Positions 17,316 through 27,828 are shown, counted from the first letter of the stretch. The stretch is DNA of 64,000 nucleotides from Candidatus Tayloriibacteriota bacterium (GCA_016215405.1 JACRJQ010000008.1:124898-188897); one strand, 5' to 3'. The notes: a model not told the origin generated them from the letters alone. Numbers and translations: made by a program.

Positions 17316-18332
17316 TTAATTGTTACATCCGTTCTCGACTGTATAGCCGCGAGGGCATTTTTTGAGATTTTCGAGCCACTTATCATCCATTACTTTTAGT
17401 TGAGCGAGAGCGTATTGCCTGTATATTTCCGCAGCCGCGCTATCTGTGTTTCTTAACTCGGCATAATCTCGGCTCATCGTGGAAAGGAAATCGCCCCTTG
17501 TCTCTTGAAAAAGCCTCGGTCCGCTGTCTGATGCGACGGGATATTTTCCACTTTCTAAGCCTGATATTATTGCGGTTGTTCCAAGCGTGACGTTGGTCTT
17601 TGCCACGTTAAACTTAACAAGCACCTGCGCCTCTTTCGCGGCCAGGGGGTCCGTTATCTGGGAAGCAACGTTCTGCTGACTTTGGATTGTGTCCTGGGCG
17701 ATCTTCTGGGCCGCCGCGGTGTCGCCATTTTGTATGGCCTCGACGATCTTTTTGTCGATTTGCGCTTGCGAAGCGGCGATAGCAGCGACTTTCGGATCGC
17801 CCGTCGTCGAGCTGAGAGAGACTTTCTGTGCATTATTTAGAGCACTCTCATAGGCTTTGCCGAGAACGTTACTACCTGCCAACTCCCCTGCTTTTGGCGC
17901 CCCCAAGTCGAGATTGATATTCACGAGATCGGAGTTGATCGTCCGCAGTATGAGATACGAGGCGAGGAGAAGGAGGAGCCCCCAGAGAGCGCCTGTCCAT
18001 TTCTCCTTAGCGGCCGACTTTCCGGTTATCGCCTCCGTAGTCGCGTATTCTATGCCCGCCCAGATGATCATGCCCACAGCGAGCACCGCTGCGAGCCCTA
18101 TGGATACGCCGTATATGTTGGTTATCACCTTGATGGGGTCCACCGCCTTGGTCGGCTCGAACGCTCCAGGAAGGGTCGTGAGGGAGCAATATTTTCCGGA
18201 GCCGTCGGCCGCTTTGCCGTTCACGCAGGCTACTTGCGCCTCTGCGTATGCGAAACCTCCGAATATGGAGAGCGCGATGAGCGAGAGAGCGCTTGCCGCG
18301 AGAGCCTTCCTTAGGATGCGAGCGTATCTCAT
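17316..18332 (-). CDS. VirB2/TrbC-like (CPR T4SS-type) pilin with C-terminal extension
   Basis: Signal peptide, then IGLAAVLAVGMIIWAGIEYAT...AKEKWTGALWGLLLLLASYLILRTINSDL two-helix pilin signature. Confidence 0.72.
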   Translation of the reverse strand: MRYARILRKALAASALSLIALSIFGGFAYAEAQVACVNGKAADGSGKYCSLTTLPGAFEPTKAVDPIKVITNIYGVSIGLAAVLAVGMIIWAGIEYATTEAITGKSAAKEKWTGALWGLLLLLASYLILRTINSDLVNINLDLGAPKAGELAGSNVLGKAYESALNNAQKVSLSSTTGDPKVAAIAASQAQIDKKIVEAIQNGDTAAAQKIAQDTIQSQQNVASQITDPLAAKEAQVLVKFNVAKTNVTLGTTAIISGLESGKYPVASDSGPRLFQETRGDFLSTMSRDYAELRNTDSAAAEIYRQYALAQLKVMDDKWLENLKKCPRGYTVENGCNN

Positions 18333-19336
18333 TGATTTATAGTTATAGATCCCTGCGCGCCCTGGAGGAGCTTCGCGCGGTGCTGTACCACGAGGTTTAT
18401 GTCAGACCTGCCGCCCGTCCCTGATTTGCGCAAGACGATCTCGTTCCTGTCCTTAAAATCGGCGATGCTGCCGCCGTTCATCTTCCAATCGAAGCTCAGG
18501 AATCCGTCGAGCGGGTCGAGACCGGAGATATAGAAAGGCTCGGCGCGGAGCGTTATCTCTTCGGAGAGGAGATCGAACGAGTTTCGGAGAGCCTTCTCGT
18601 ACATAAGCCCATAGAGAGGGCTGTTCTCGTAGAAGACGATCTCAGGAAGGCTCGGTACCACTGTGGTGAACGCCGATCCGGCGAGGTTCTCTTTAGGCGA
18701 GGACACCTCGACCGTTATCTCCTCCCCTTCCCTCATGTAGCTCGTCTGGGAGGTGGTGAAAGAATCCCTCCCGAAGCCAGACGCGCTCCCCTGGACGGTA
18801 CCGTTCTTCTTCCAGGTGTATATAAGGTCTTTCGGGTTTATCCTTTTGCCGGACTGGTCGAAGAATTCGGGGATGGCGGTCACCTTAAAGGCGCCGTTAT
18901 AGGAATGCAGAGCTTTCCCTTCGTAGAAGGGCGGCACATACGTATCCGATTGCCAGAGTAAGGTGACGTCGGCGGGACGGAATAGCATGCCGTTCCTTAT
19001 CACTCCGAAGTCTGGAGTGCTCACCTCGATCGAGATCGAGGTCGCCGTGCCCGTCTTGCCGAGCTTGAGGCTTATCTCTTTGAGGCCTACCCCTTCGGCG
19101 TAGATCTCCCCGTTGACCGACCATTTAAATATCGCCTTGTTGAGGTCTGTGCTGTAGCTCTGCGCGGAAACGTAGATGGTCTGGTTCGGCCGAGGATATT
19201 CTGGCACGACGCTAAAGACGATGGGCTCGCTGATGCCCGGTATCGTCTGCGCGGAGACGCCGCTCGAGAGGGCCGAGGCGACCAAAAGAAGGGCTGCGAA
19301 AAGGGAGAGGATTGTGCCTTTTATGAAGCGCAACAT
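18329..19336 (-). CDS. Secreted Ig/PKD-like repeat hypothetical protein
   Basis: Signal peptide; three F/YxWxxNG repeats; ETYVPPFYxGK-like motif. Confidence 0.75.
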   Translation of the reverse strand: MLRFIKGTILSLFAALLLVASALSSGVSAQTIPGISEPIVFSVVPEYPRPNQTIYVSAQSYSTDLNKAIFKWSVNGEIYAEGVGLKEISLKLGKTGTATSISIEVSTPDFGVIRNGMLFRPADVTLLWQSDTYVPPFYEGKALHSYNGAFKVTAIPEFFDQSGKRINPKDLIYTWKKNGTVQGSASGFGRDSFTTSQTSYMREGEEITVEVSSPKENLAGSAFTTVVPSLPEIVFYENSPLYGLMYEKALRNSFDLLSEEITLRAEPFYISGLDPLDGFLSFDWKMNGGSIADFKDRNEIVLRKSGTGGRSDINLVVQHRAKLLQGAQGSITINQ

Positions 19337-19379
19337 GGATATATTGTATCACAAGGAAAAGCCGCGCAGGATGCGCGGC

Positions 19380-21185
19380 TTACTGCATATCTGCCTTCGC
19401 CTGCTTCATGGCGAGGACTTGGGAAGGGTCGGACGTTATTATCTGGTCTTCCGTATACGAGGCTATGATCTTGATCGCCACATGTTTGAGGCCCACGAAG
19501 AATATGCCTTCCCCGACATCGGATTCGAGAAGGAGGTATTTCTCTTCGTCTGTGAGGTTGAATACCTGCTGGAGCCTGTCGATCGACGAGGGCGACTGCT
19601 TGAGGAGGACTTGGATAGACGAGTTCGTGATGATAGGCAGGCCGTAGGGCGATTTGAGGAAGTCGTCGACGTCCTGGGTGATAGTCGCGACGCCGAGGTA
19701 GTATTTTCTCCCTCGCTTGGCGAGGCCGAGGAGGAACGACGCCGTGTCGTCCGATTTCATCATCCACCACGCCTCGTCGATGACGAGGAGGCGTTTCTTG
19801 AGGTTCTTCCTGATAGCGTTCCAGATATAGTGGGTGACGATATACATCGCGACCGGTTTGAGCTCTTCCTCCATGTCGCGTAGGGAGAACACGATGAACT
19901 TCGCGCCGATATCGACGTTCGTCGGCCTGTTGATGAAGCCCGACCACGTGCCTTTCGTATATTTCGTGAGGCGCTGGACGAGAGACTCCCCTCCTTCCAT
20001 GCCGGCGAGGACGAGCTCGAAATCGGAGAGGAGCGGCGGCTCTATCGCAGAGAAGTCCGAGTCTGGCGTGATGTCTTTGAGGGCGTACGTCTCGCTTATC
20101 GCCTTGTCGATGATGGCATCCTCCTCGGGGGTTAGGCCTCCCATCATGATCCTGAAGAGCCCTACGAGGTTTATGATGTTCGAGCGCAGCACGTCTGCTC
20201 CCGACTCGTCTTCGCGCGGGATAGGCAGATCGAACGGATTGATGTGGTGCTCCGAGTTGAGCGATATGTTGAAGTATTTTCCGCCGGTCGCCTCCGCGAG
20301 GAATTCGTATTCCCTCTCAGGGTCGATGACGATGACGTCGGTGTCGAACATGAGTGTTCGGAGTATCTCGAGCTTCGTGGTATAGGACTTTCCCGCGCCG
20401 GATTTGGCGAACGTGATCGAATTGTAGTTCTCGAGAGAGAAGCGGTCGAAGAGGACCAAAGACGAGTTATGGCGGTTGATGCCGTAGAGGATGCCCTTGT
20501 CGGAAGTGAGGTCGAACGAGATGAATGGGAAGAGCGACGAGAGGGGCGACGAGTTGAGCTTGGAATGCACCCCGAGCTCGTCGGAAGCGGTAGGAAGGTT
20601 AGATTTGTAGCCCTGTTCCTGCTGGAAGAGCGCCGGCTTTACATAGACAAGCTTTGATTCGAGGATGGATTTTATCTCCGATTCGGTCTTGTCGAGCTCC
20701 TGCTCGTTCTCGCCGTAGATGGAAAGGTATACCCCGACGTCGAAGAGCTTCTCTTGGGCCTGCTGGAGCTGATCGCGCAGCTGCTCGAGGTCCTGATACG
20801 CCGTGTCGAGCATCGGGTCGCGGACGAGGCCCTTCTGCTCGCGTATCGATATCTGGCTCTGCACCTCCGCCACTTTCTTTTGGAATTGCCTGAGGACCTT
20901 CGCGGTCTCTATCGGGTGGATGAATATCGAGATGTTGAATACCTTGTCGAGGTTTATGATGGGCGCGAACCAGCTCTCGGAGAGGAAGCGCGGATATGAG
21001 ATGACGAAGAACGATCGAACGATCTTATCGCCGAGGGAGAGCTCTCGCGGGGATATCTTGAGTGCGGACGGAGCGATCACGTCTTTGAGCTCGAGGACGC
21101 CGGCTTCGTATATCTCCTGCGGGAGGATAGGCGCTATTGATGCCCTGTTCCCGTCCTTTTTCTTCATAAAGTCGAAAAGTCCCAT
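19380..21185 (-). CDS. virB4: VirB4/TraE-family secretion ATPase
   Basis: AKSGAGKS Walker A, IDPEREY, INPFD, IDEAW Walker B, KRGRKY, ITQDVDDF. Confidence 0.9.
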   Translation of the reverse strand: MGLFDFMKKKDGNRASIAPILPQEIYEAGVLELKDVIAPSALKISPRELSLGDKIVRSFFVISYPRFLSESWFAPIINLDKVFNISIFIHPIETAKVLRQFQKKVAEVQSQISIREQKGLVRDPMLDTAYQDLEQLRDQLQQAQEKLFDVGVYLSIYGENEQELDKTESEIKSILESKLVYVKPALFQQEQGYKSNLPTASDELGVHSKLNSSPLSSLFPFISFDLTSDKGILYGINRHNSSLVLFDRFSLENYNSITFAKSGAGKSYTTKLEILRTLMFDTDVIVIDPEREYEFLAEATGGKYFNISLNSEHHINPFDLPIPREDESGADVLRSNIINLVGLFRIMMGGLTPEEDAIIDKAISETYALKDITPDSDFSAIEPPLLSDFELVLAGMEGGESLVQRLTKYTKGTWSGFINRPTNVDIGAKFIVFSLRDMEEELKPVAMYIVTHYIWNAIRKNLKKRLLVIDEAWWMMKSDDTASFLLGLAKRGRKYYLGVATITQDVDDFLKSPYGLPIITNSSIQVLLKQSPSSIDRLQQVFNLTDEEKYLLLESDVGEGIFFVGLKHVAIKIIASYTEDQIITSDPSQVLAMKQAKADMQ

Positions 21186-21189
21186 AGGT

Positions 21190-21825
21190 TTAATTTAGAG
21201 GGATAGGCTTCTCCGTGTCTCCGGGATTGAATATCTTGTAGAAGAGCTCGACGATCTCTTCGGTTCCGAGCTCGACCGACCTGATGCCGCAGCGGACGAG
21301 GCCTTGAGTGACCACCCCCACCCTCTGCTCGAGCTGGCTTCTGTGCTCTTCGAAGAGCTCGATCCTCTTTTCGGCAGATTGAGCGTCGGTCCTTTTCGAG
21401 AAGACGTCGGTCACGCTCGATTTGTTGAGGGTCGCGGGAGAGTAGGGCACGACCACGAAGAACGTCTTGGTCATGATGTTGGAGTTCTCCGTGAAATTCT
21501 TGATGAATCCGATGTACTCGCGGGTCTGGATCTTGAGGAGGTCGGAGACCTGCTCTTTGAGCCTGTTCTCGAGGAGGGCGATGTAGGGCCTGATGTCGAG
21601 CTTTCTAGACTGTATGAATATCTGGATCGAGAAGTCGAGAGAGTTCACGAAATTCTGGAACTGCATGAGGATCGACTGCTGTTCGTCGGCTGATTTGAGC
21701 GCGAAGTTGAGCGAGGACGCCATGATGACGGCGCGAAGCGATCCGTCTTTGAGGACGACGATGCCTTGGCGTATCTCCTTTATAGGGACGAACTCCTGCG
21801 TCGTCTTGGCGTTAACGGCTGGCAT
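21190..21825 (-). CDS. VirB4-associated (TraE/TraC N-terminal-like) protein
   Basis: SSLNFALKSADEQ...FVNSLDFSIQI; lies between PrgI and VirB4. Confidence 0.7.
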   Translation of the reverse strand: MPAVNAKTTQEFVPIKEIRQGIVVLKDGSLRAVIMASSLNFALKSADEQQSILMQFQNFVNSLDFSIQIFIQSRKLDIRPYIALLENRLKEQVSDLLKIQTREYIGFIKNFTENSNIMTKTFFVVVPYSPATLNKSSVTDVFSKRTDAQSAEKRIELFEEHRSQLEQRVGVVTQGLVRCGIRSVELGTEEIVELFYKIFNPGDTEKPIPLN

Positions 21826-21842
21826 GGATGAAGTATATCAGA

Positions 21843-22280
21843 TTAGATATTCGACCTGCCCTTCTGGCTCTGGACGGGATTCTGCGCCTGCTTGATGTCG
21901 AGAGACCACGTGAGATCCTTGAGCTTGGAGTCCGAGAGCTTCGGGACGTAGAAATCGTTAGTCGTCGCCTCTGCGGCCTGTTTCGCGATCACCTGCTTGT
22001 CGACCTTCTTCCAGATGTAGAGCTTGTTACCTATGTAATATCCCCAGGCGGCCTCGACGACGTTTATGAACGGCTTGTTGTTTATCTTGTAGAACGCCAG
22101 AGCGAGGGTGAATCCTACGATAGGAAGGATGAGGATGGCGCTTAGGAAGAGGTTGCCCGCAAAGGAATACACGAGGAACGAGAGCCCGGCGCCGCCGAGG
22201 AGGTATATGAACTGCCTGAGGGTGAGGGGGCCGAATATCTTGTCTTCAACCTCTATGAACTGGGGCACCTGGAATCGCAT
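21843..22280 (-). CDS. PrgI-family (VirB3-like) membrane protein
   Basis: MRFQVPQFIEVEDKIFGPLTLRQF plus two TM helices; TATAAT just upstream of the ATG at 22280. Confidence 0.85.
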   Translation of the reverse strand: MRFQVPQFIEVEDKIFGPLTLRQFIYLLGGAGLSFLVYSFAGNLFLSAILILPIVGFTLALAFYKINNKPFINVVEAAWGYYIGNKLYIWKKVDKQVIAKQAAEATTNDFYVPKLSDSKLKDLTWSLDIKQAQNPVQSQKGRSNI

Positions 22281-22324
22281 AGCGATATTATAGCGCAAAA
22301 AACATCGCCCTTGCGGGCGATGTT

Positions 22325-22954
22325 CTAGGCGATAGGCTCTCTGTAAGGGTCCGCGGAGTATTTTGGCTTTGGCGGTTCGGGGACTGGGTGCTGTAGCGTC
22401 GGTTCGGGCTTTATCTGGGCCCTTTGGGCCGGGAGATTGACCGTTTCCGTGAGTTTCCCTGCTATGAATTCGTTGGCCACCGTCTTTTTCGATTCCTCGA
22501 GGACCTCTTTTGGTACCGCCGGGCCTCCGGTATCGACGGTTATAGGAGGCGTGGAAGGAGTCGGATTCTCGATTTCGGCGAGGAGGCTCTCTCGTTCGAG
22601 GTTCTCGAGTTTTGATTCTTGTGGCGTAGCCGACGCTTCGACCGGAGTACCTGCAGCGATATTTCGGAAAGGGAGGAATACGCTCTGATTGAGCTCATTC
22701 ACCACTCCGTTGAGGTCTTTTACCGACCCTCCGAGAGCCTTGCCTAATTCCCGCGGGAAGTCTGAGGTGTTCAGGAGGCCCGTGAGAGCGAGAAAGACAA
22801 GATCACCCATCTTCCCTATCCCATCGAGGAGGAGGCCGTGCCGGGTTCCGATGTCACGGAGAGAGGATGTGAAATCCACAGACGCGAGGAACTCCTTTTC
22901 CCTTTCAGAGAGCCTTTTGTACGAATATATTTTTTGTTCGTTGGTGAAATCCAT
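22325..22954 (-). CDS. Hypothetical protein (Pro-rich, C-terminal DPYREP motif)
   Basis: Co-oriented with the cluster; ends YSADPYREPIA. Confidence 0.7.
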   Translation of the reverse strand: MDFTNEQKIYSYKRLSEREKEFLASVDFTSSLRDIGTRHGLLLDGIGKMGDLVFLALTGLLNTSDFPRELGKALGGSVKDLNGVVNELNQSVFLPFRNIAAGTPVEASATPQESKLENLERESLLAEIENPTPSTPPITVDTGGPAVPKEVLEESKKTVANEFIAGKLTETVNLPAQRAQIKPEPTLQHPVPEPPKPKYSADPYREPIA

Positions 22955-22956
22955 CT

Positions 22957-25392
22957 CTAGAATGTTTTACCTACGGGATTGTCGCGGAACCACTCGATGA
23001 CCTTATCGACATTCTCTCTTACGTCTGGAGGTAGGGTCGCGGGAGCGTTCTGGATTCTGGTCTTGATCTCAGTCCTTTCGGCAGAGCCGAGCTCGTCGAG
23101 CACTTTTCCGAGGGTCTTCGGAGTGAGGCGGTAGATGACCTCGGAGTGACTGAGCCTCTTATCTGGACCTCCTGGATCTCTCCAGCCGAGCTTTGCGATC
23201 TCGTTCTCCTCGAGCTCCTTGAGCTCGTCGCGAATCACAGCGACGTTTCCTAGAGATATCGCGTCATCGAGCTTCTTATAGCGGGCATCCTTCATCTTTT
23301 TCTTGGTCGTGCCGGTGAGCCTCGAGCTCTTCATGAGCTTGTCGAACTTGTCGTAATCCATGACATGAGGATTGACGAAGGATTCTTCGATGAGGGTGTC
23401 AGGAGTGAGATTCTCGAGCTCTTTGTCGGAGTGGCTCTTGATAGCCTTTTTGACCTCTTCTGCCGATGCTCTGTTCTTGACCGCGCCCGATACGTCAGCG
23501 AGCCGAGCGCCCCAGATCTTCGCTTTGTCCTCGTCGTTTTCCGCCTTATCGGCGAGATGCTCTGCCTGGCTCTGCGATATGACCTGGACGAATTGCTCGT
23601 TCTTCGTCGCTTTCTTGTCGAGCTTCTCGAGCTGCTTGTTGCCGAGCTTCTGCGCCTCTTCGGCGATCTTCGCTTTGGCATCTTTTACCGCATTGTTCGA
23701 GTTGTACCCTTGGAGCGCCGTCATGTATTGGGTCTGAGCGGTGCGGTATGCGGCCTCGCTCGCCGCTGTCGGATTCGCTTTCCATGCACTTTCCGCTTGA
23801 TCGAGGCCGACTTTAAGGGCCTTTGTGTTGTAGTGTCCAGGGCCTGCCATGACTTCGAGGACGCTTTCGATCTGTTTGAGTATCGCCTGATTCGCCTTTT
23901 CGATCTTGCGCTCCTCTGCCCACTCGGCGGTATCGGCCTTGATCGCTTTCGCGTCCTTGCCCTTGAGGTCGATTCCCTTGTCTCCGGTGGCGCCGCCTAC
24001 GATATTGGTCATCAGGTTGCCCACCTTGTTGTCCCCGATGCCGATGTTTCGTACGTCCCATGTCCCCGACTTCATCTTGTTCGTCGTCGCCTCCCCTGCA
24101 TCCTTGAGGGCCTTTCGAGGGTCTTTGACATACTTCATAACCTTAGGATCGGTCATCCATGGAGCGAGGTTCTCTTTTCCTGTCTTCTTGAAAGCGTCCC
24201 AACCCTGACCTTTTTCTGCGGTAAGGGCCGCGCCGAGGCCTCGGCCTCCGGCTCGCAAGCCCATCATAAGGCCGCCCGTCGCGTACGTTCCTACGGCTCC
24301 TACAGCGAGCTTGCCGAGAGAGGACGCGAGGCCACCAAGGGCCGTCCCCATCTCGCCCGAGTTCTTCTTTGCGATGTTAAGCGTCGCTTTGAGGAGAAAG
24401 ATGATGAGGAAGTACTGGAAGTACTGCGATACGCTGATGCCCATGCTGTCGATCGCCTTGTCCTGGAGCATCTCGAGGCTGAGGTCTTGCAGGCTATTTA
24501 TGAATTGGAGCGATATATAGAGCATGAGAAGGAACGCGACCGGGAATATTGCGGCGCTCGAGAGCTCCTTCCACCACTTTTTCGAGTACTCGCTTATCTG
24601 AGGCAAGACGCTGCCCATGAATCCTATAGGCGAGAAGACCATGAGGAAGAGTATCGTCACGCTTCGGGCGATGAAGAGCACGGCGCAGTACATGAATATG
24701 TATGTCGCGATGGAGACGACGGTGAGGCGCAGTATCCCGGCTATGAAGCCCTTGCTCGGATCGGTAAGGTCTGCGGGATTCTTTCCCACCCCGTTCGCGT
24801 TCTCTTTGGCGTTTCCGAGCCAGAACTGCATGACGCCGAGCCTCGTCGCGATGAGGCCCGAGAGGCTCGTCGGCTTGTTCTGATCCTGGCTATTGACGAC
24901 GAGGGTCTTCTGGATGCCTCCGTAGAGCCAGTTGCCGAAGACGTTCGAGACATCGACGAGGGTCTTGGTGAAGAAGAGGCTGAAGTTTATGAGAAGGGCG
25001 GCGATGACGACGTTCTTGAGCATGTTCATCGTGCCAAACCTCGTGCCGTTCACTATAGTGCCGAGGCTTATCCAGATGAGGATGAATATGAAGAATATGT
25101 TCGCGATGTCGCGGATGATGACCCAGCCGAGGTTTATCGCCGGAGAGAGGCTGAATATGTAAGCCGTGTGGAGACCGAACTGGATCGAGGTGTCCATGAT
25201 CATGCCTGCGAGGTACATGAAGAAGGACGAGAGCGGGAGTATGAGGATCTCGACCGGCCATATGAAGAATCGGCCTATCGCGCTCGTCGCGATATCTATG
25301 AACTGCGCATGCGCGATCTGCGGCACTACGAAGACCAGCCCTGCGAGGGCGATGAGAGGGAGCGCCGGTCTAAGGTTTATGGATCGCCGCAT
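22957..25392 (-). CDS. VirB6/TrbL-like polytopic membrane protein with large C-terminal domain
   Basis: GWVIIRDIANIFFIF, AALLINFSLFF, LMVFSPIGF, KKWWKEL TM block followed by Gly-rich and helical tail. Confidence 0.75.
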   Translation of the reverse strand: MRRSINLRPALPLIALAGLVFVVPQIAHAQFIDIATSAIGRFFIWPVEILILPLSSFFMYLAGMIMDTSIQFGLHTAYIFSLSPAINLGWVIIRDIANIFFIFILIWISLGTIVNGTRFGTMNMLKNVVIAALLINFSLFFTKTLVDVSNVFGNWLYGGIQKTLVVNSQDQNKPTSLSGLIATRLGVMQFWLGNAKENANGVGKNPADLTDPSKGFIAGILRLTVVSIATYIFMYCAVLFIARSVTILFLMVFSPIGFMGSVLPQISEYSKKWWKELSSAAIFPVAFLLMLYISLQFINSLQDLSLEMLQDKAIDSMGISVSQYFQYFLIIFLLKATLNIAKKNSGEMGTALGGLASSLGKLAVGAVGTYATGGLMMGLRAGGRGLGAALTAEKGQGWDAFKKTGKENLAPWMTDPKVMKYVKDPRKALKDAGEATTNKMKSGTWDVRNIGIGDNKVGNLMTNIVGGATGDKGIDLKGKDAKAIKADTAEWAEERKIEKANQAILKQIESVLEVMAGPGHYNTKALKVGLDQAESAWKANPTAASEAAYRTAQTQYMTALQGYNSNNAVKDAKAKIAEEAQKLGNKQLEKLDKKATKNEQFVQVISQSQAEHLADKAENDEDKAKIWGARLADVSGAVKNRASAEEVKKAIKSHSDKELENLTPDTLIEESFVNPHVMDYDKFDKLMKSSRLTGTTKKKMKDARYKKLDDAISLGNVAVIRDELKELEENEIAKLGWRDPGGPDKRLSHSEVIYRLTPKTLGKVLDELGSAERTEIKTRIQNAPATLPPDVRENVDKVIEWFRDNPVGKTF

Positions 25393-25399
25393 TTAGTAT

Positions 25400-27799
25400 C
25401 TATTGTACTACGAAGTTGCCCGTCGCGGTCTTAAGGACGGTGCCGAACTTATCCTCAACCGTGGTTTCGATGGTATAGGTCCCAGCCGGAGCGCCGACCT
25501 TTATGCTCTGGGCCTTTTGCCTGAAGAGATAGTATTTGGCCGGATTGCTCTGGGTTACCCGCGAGAGCTCGAAGGAGCCCGAATCGTTCTCCGGCGATAT
25601 CGCGAATATCGAGATCTGCTCGCCTTCCCTACCGTACGCGAAGTCCATGGTCGAGAATACCGATAGGTACGATACCCTAGAGCCGTTTCGCTTGATGTTC
25701 GATTTTATGGTGAGCTCGTTACCAGAAGATATCGGCTTTTCTGCCGTAAGGCGGAGCTCGTAGCCCTGAGAAGAGCCGTTCGCTATCGAAGACGTCGGCG
25801 AGGAAGTAAGCCATGCGAGAGTGCTCGTCGCTGTTCGGCCATCGTCTTGTACGGTCGACGAGGATCCGGATGAAGACGACCCCGACCCGCCCGAGATAGG
25901 GGTAGTCGAGCCGACGGAGACGTTACCGATCACTTCGACCTCGATGAGCTCGAGAGGGTGATAGCAGCTCTCGTACTCTCGCTCGCCTCGGAATTCGAAG
26001 GTGACGCGGCATTGGTCGTCGAGCTGGCCCTGCTTCTCTATCCTCACATACCTCCTCGTCTGCCCGACCGGTACGATCGTCGGATTAGGGCTCGAATCTG
26101 CCGGCGAGAGCGAGTCGGATGCCCATGCGTTCTGAGAGGCTCCGTCGGACGCGACGACGCGGATAGATCCCAAGGTCTCTGAGGCGGGCTTGTTCGCGAC
26201 GCGCCAGATGCGCACTTCTTTTATGGCTTTGGCCGCGCCGAGGTCTACTTCCCACCATGGGTTCTCTTCCTCTGCGCTTATCGCCGGTTGATTATATTGG
26301 GTGACGTTACCGTCTTTGTTCCCGTTCACGGCGTTGTTCGCAGAACCGCCTCCGAAGCTCGATTGGGATGCGGGCTTGAGGAGAGCGTAATTCTGCTCGG
26401 TCGCCTCTTCTGATGAGAAATTATCGCTGATGAGCTCTTGCTGGGCCTGCTGCTGGGCGACCGCCTTGTTAGTCGCTATATCGGTCGCCTTATAGATGTC
26501 TTGGACCCCGGCGTCGTTCTGGACGAGGTCGGCGGCCGCATCGAAGTCTCGTACTTGGTAGTCTTCGGCCGGAGACGTCGCTCCGGTCGCTGTTGTCCCT
26601 CCGGCGCCGTAGTATTGGTTCTGGTATTTATTGTAATAGCTCTGGCTCGCCGAGCTCTTCTTGCTCATGCCGAGGAGGCCGTATGCGCCTTGAATCGCCT
26701 TTTGAGCGAGCTGGTTCATCGTCGCTGCGATGACGTCGTCGATCTCCTGCGCGACTGCGGCCTGGATGTCCCCTTGGGCCAAGGTGCTGTTGAGCTTCGA
26801 GGCGATGACGTATCCCGGAGTCTGGGTCACTTGCTTCTTGCAGATAGGCTTTTCGGAGGTCGAGAATATCGTCTGAGTCTTCGTGGCCGAGGTCGGCGCG
26901 GAGGTCTGTTTGCCGTCTAAGCTGTATGTCCCGAACGCGTCGGCGTTGAGGTTGGTCTTTTGGACCTGTACCCCTCCCTCCTTTCCGCCACTTTTCTTTA
27001 CAGCCTCCACTCTCGCTTTAGCTTCTGCTTCCGTCTCGAGGTCTTCCGCCGCGCACTTCCTCGGGATATCGAGGAAGCCTTGGCCCAAAGCGAGCTTGTT
27101 CTGCTTGATCCCCGCGGCGCGCGCAGCCCTCTCCGCAAGCTCGCCGTCGGCTATGACATAGGCGCCGTAGACGTTGTTCTGGGGCTCGGTCGTAAGGGAG
27201 AGCCAGTTGTCCCAGCCTTGTCCGCCGTTCGTCGCTATGTTGTTGCCGATCTGCGATGCCGTACATCGAGCTCTCTCTCGAAACGGCCTACTATATTTGA
27301 GGGCGAGGGCGATTCGGATCTGGAATCCGAAGTCGTTACAGAGGAATCCGAGCTCCGTGCCTTCGATGAAGGTGCCTACTGCCTGGTCGGCCGCGTCGAG
27401 GAGCGTTCCTTCGAAGTCGGTCACGAACGTAGGGCTGCCTTCGAAACCGGAATTCACCCAGTTGACTATGCTCGAGCCGATATTTCGGATGAGCGAAACG
27501 ATCATTATCTTTGCGAGAGGCTGGAGGATGCAGCTGTTGAAGGACGCCGAGTGGACGGCTGCGTTGGTCGACGTGTCCTGGAGCGTGTCGCCGCTGCCGT
27601 CAGAGACGCCGATGATCTCTTTCACCCATGCAGGCGTGCTCACTCCAATAGCGGTGAGGAGGCCGACGATACAGGCTCCGGCTTTGCCTTGACCTTGGGC
27701 ATATACAGGCTTAGGCGGCAGAGCGGCGAGGCTTGCGGGGATGACGAAAGAGAGAGCGAGTATCGATGCTGTTATCTTTGTGAGGACGCTCTTCTTCAT
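25400..27799 (-). CDS. Secreted protein with F5/8C (F-type lectin/discoidin-like) domain
   Basis: Signal peptide; N-terminal IVNWVNSGFEGSPTFV...C domain; NYALLKPASQSS...NAVNGN...NPWWEVDLG...RYVRI...LELIEVEV. Confidence 0.75.
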   Translation of the reverse strand: MKKSVLTKITASILALSFVIPASLAALPPKPVYAQGQGKAGACIVGLLTAIGVSTPAWVKEIIGVSDGSGDTLQDTSTNAAVHSASFNSCILQPLAKIMIVSLIRNIGSSIVNWVNSGFEGSPTFVTDFEGTLLDAADQAVGTFIEGTELGFLCNDFGFQIRIALALKYSRPFRERARCTASQIGNNIATNGGQGWDNWLSLTTEPQNNVYGAYVIADGELAERAARAAGIKQNKLALGQGFLDIPRKCAAEDLETEAEAKARVEAVKKSGGKEGGVQVQKTNLNADAFGTYSLDGKQTSAPTSATKTQTIFSTSEKPICKKQVTQTPGYVIASKLNSTLAQGDIQAAVAQEIDDVIAATMNQLAQKAIQGAYGLLGMSKKSSASQSYYNKYQNQYYGAGGTTATGATSPAEDYQVRDFDAAADLVQNDAGVQDIYKATDIATNKAVAQQQAQQELISDNFSSEEATEQNYALLKPASQSSFGGGSANNAVNGNKDGNVTQYNQPAISAEEENPWWEVDLGAAKAIKEVRIWRVANKPASETLGSIRVVASDGASQNAWASDSLSPADSSPNPTIVPVGQTRRYVRIEKQGQLDDQCRVTFEFRGEREYESCYHPLELIEVEVIGNVSVGSTTPISGGSGSSSSGSSSTVQDDGRTATSTLAWLTSSPTSSIANGSSQGYELRLTAEKPISSGNELTIKSNIKRNGSRVSYLSVFSTMDFAYGREGEQISIFAISPENDSGSFELSRVTQSNPAKYYLFRQKAQSIKVGAPAGTYTIETTVEDKFGTVLKTATGNFVVQ

Positions 27800-27828
27800 G
27801 TAGGAGGATTAGCGACTTTAATTATACC

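Noticed and set aside
19380-25392. Integrative conjugative element
   Set aside because: No relaxase, coupling protein, integrase or boundary repeats visible; codon style matches the core genes
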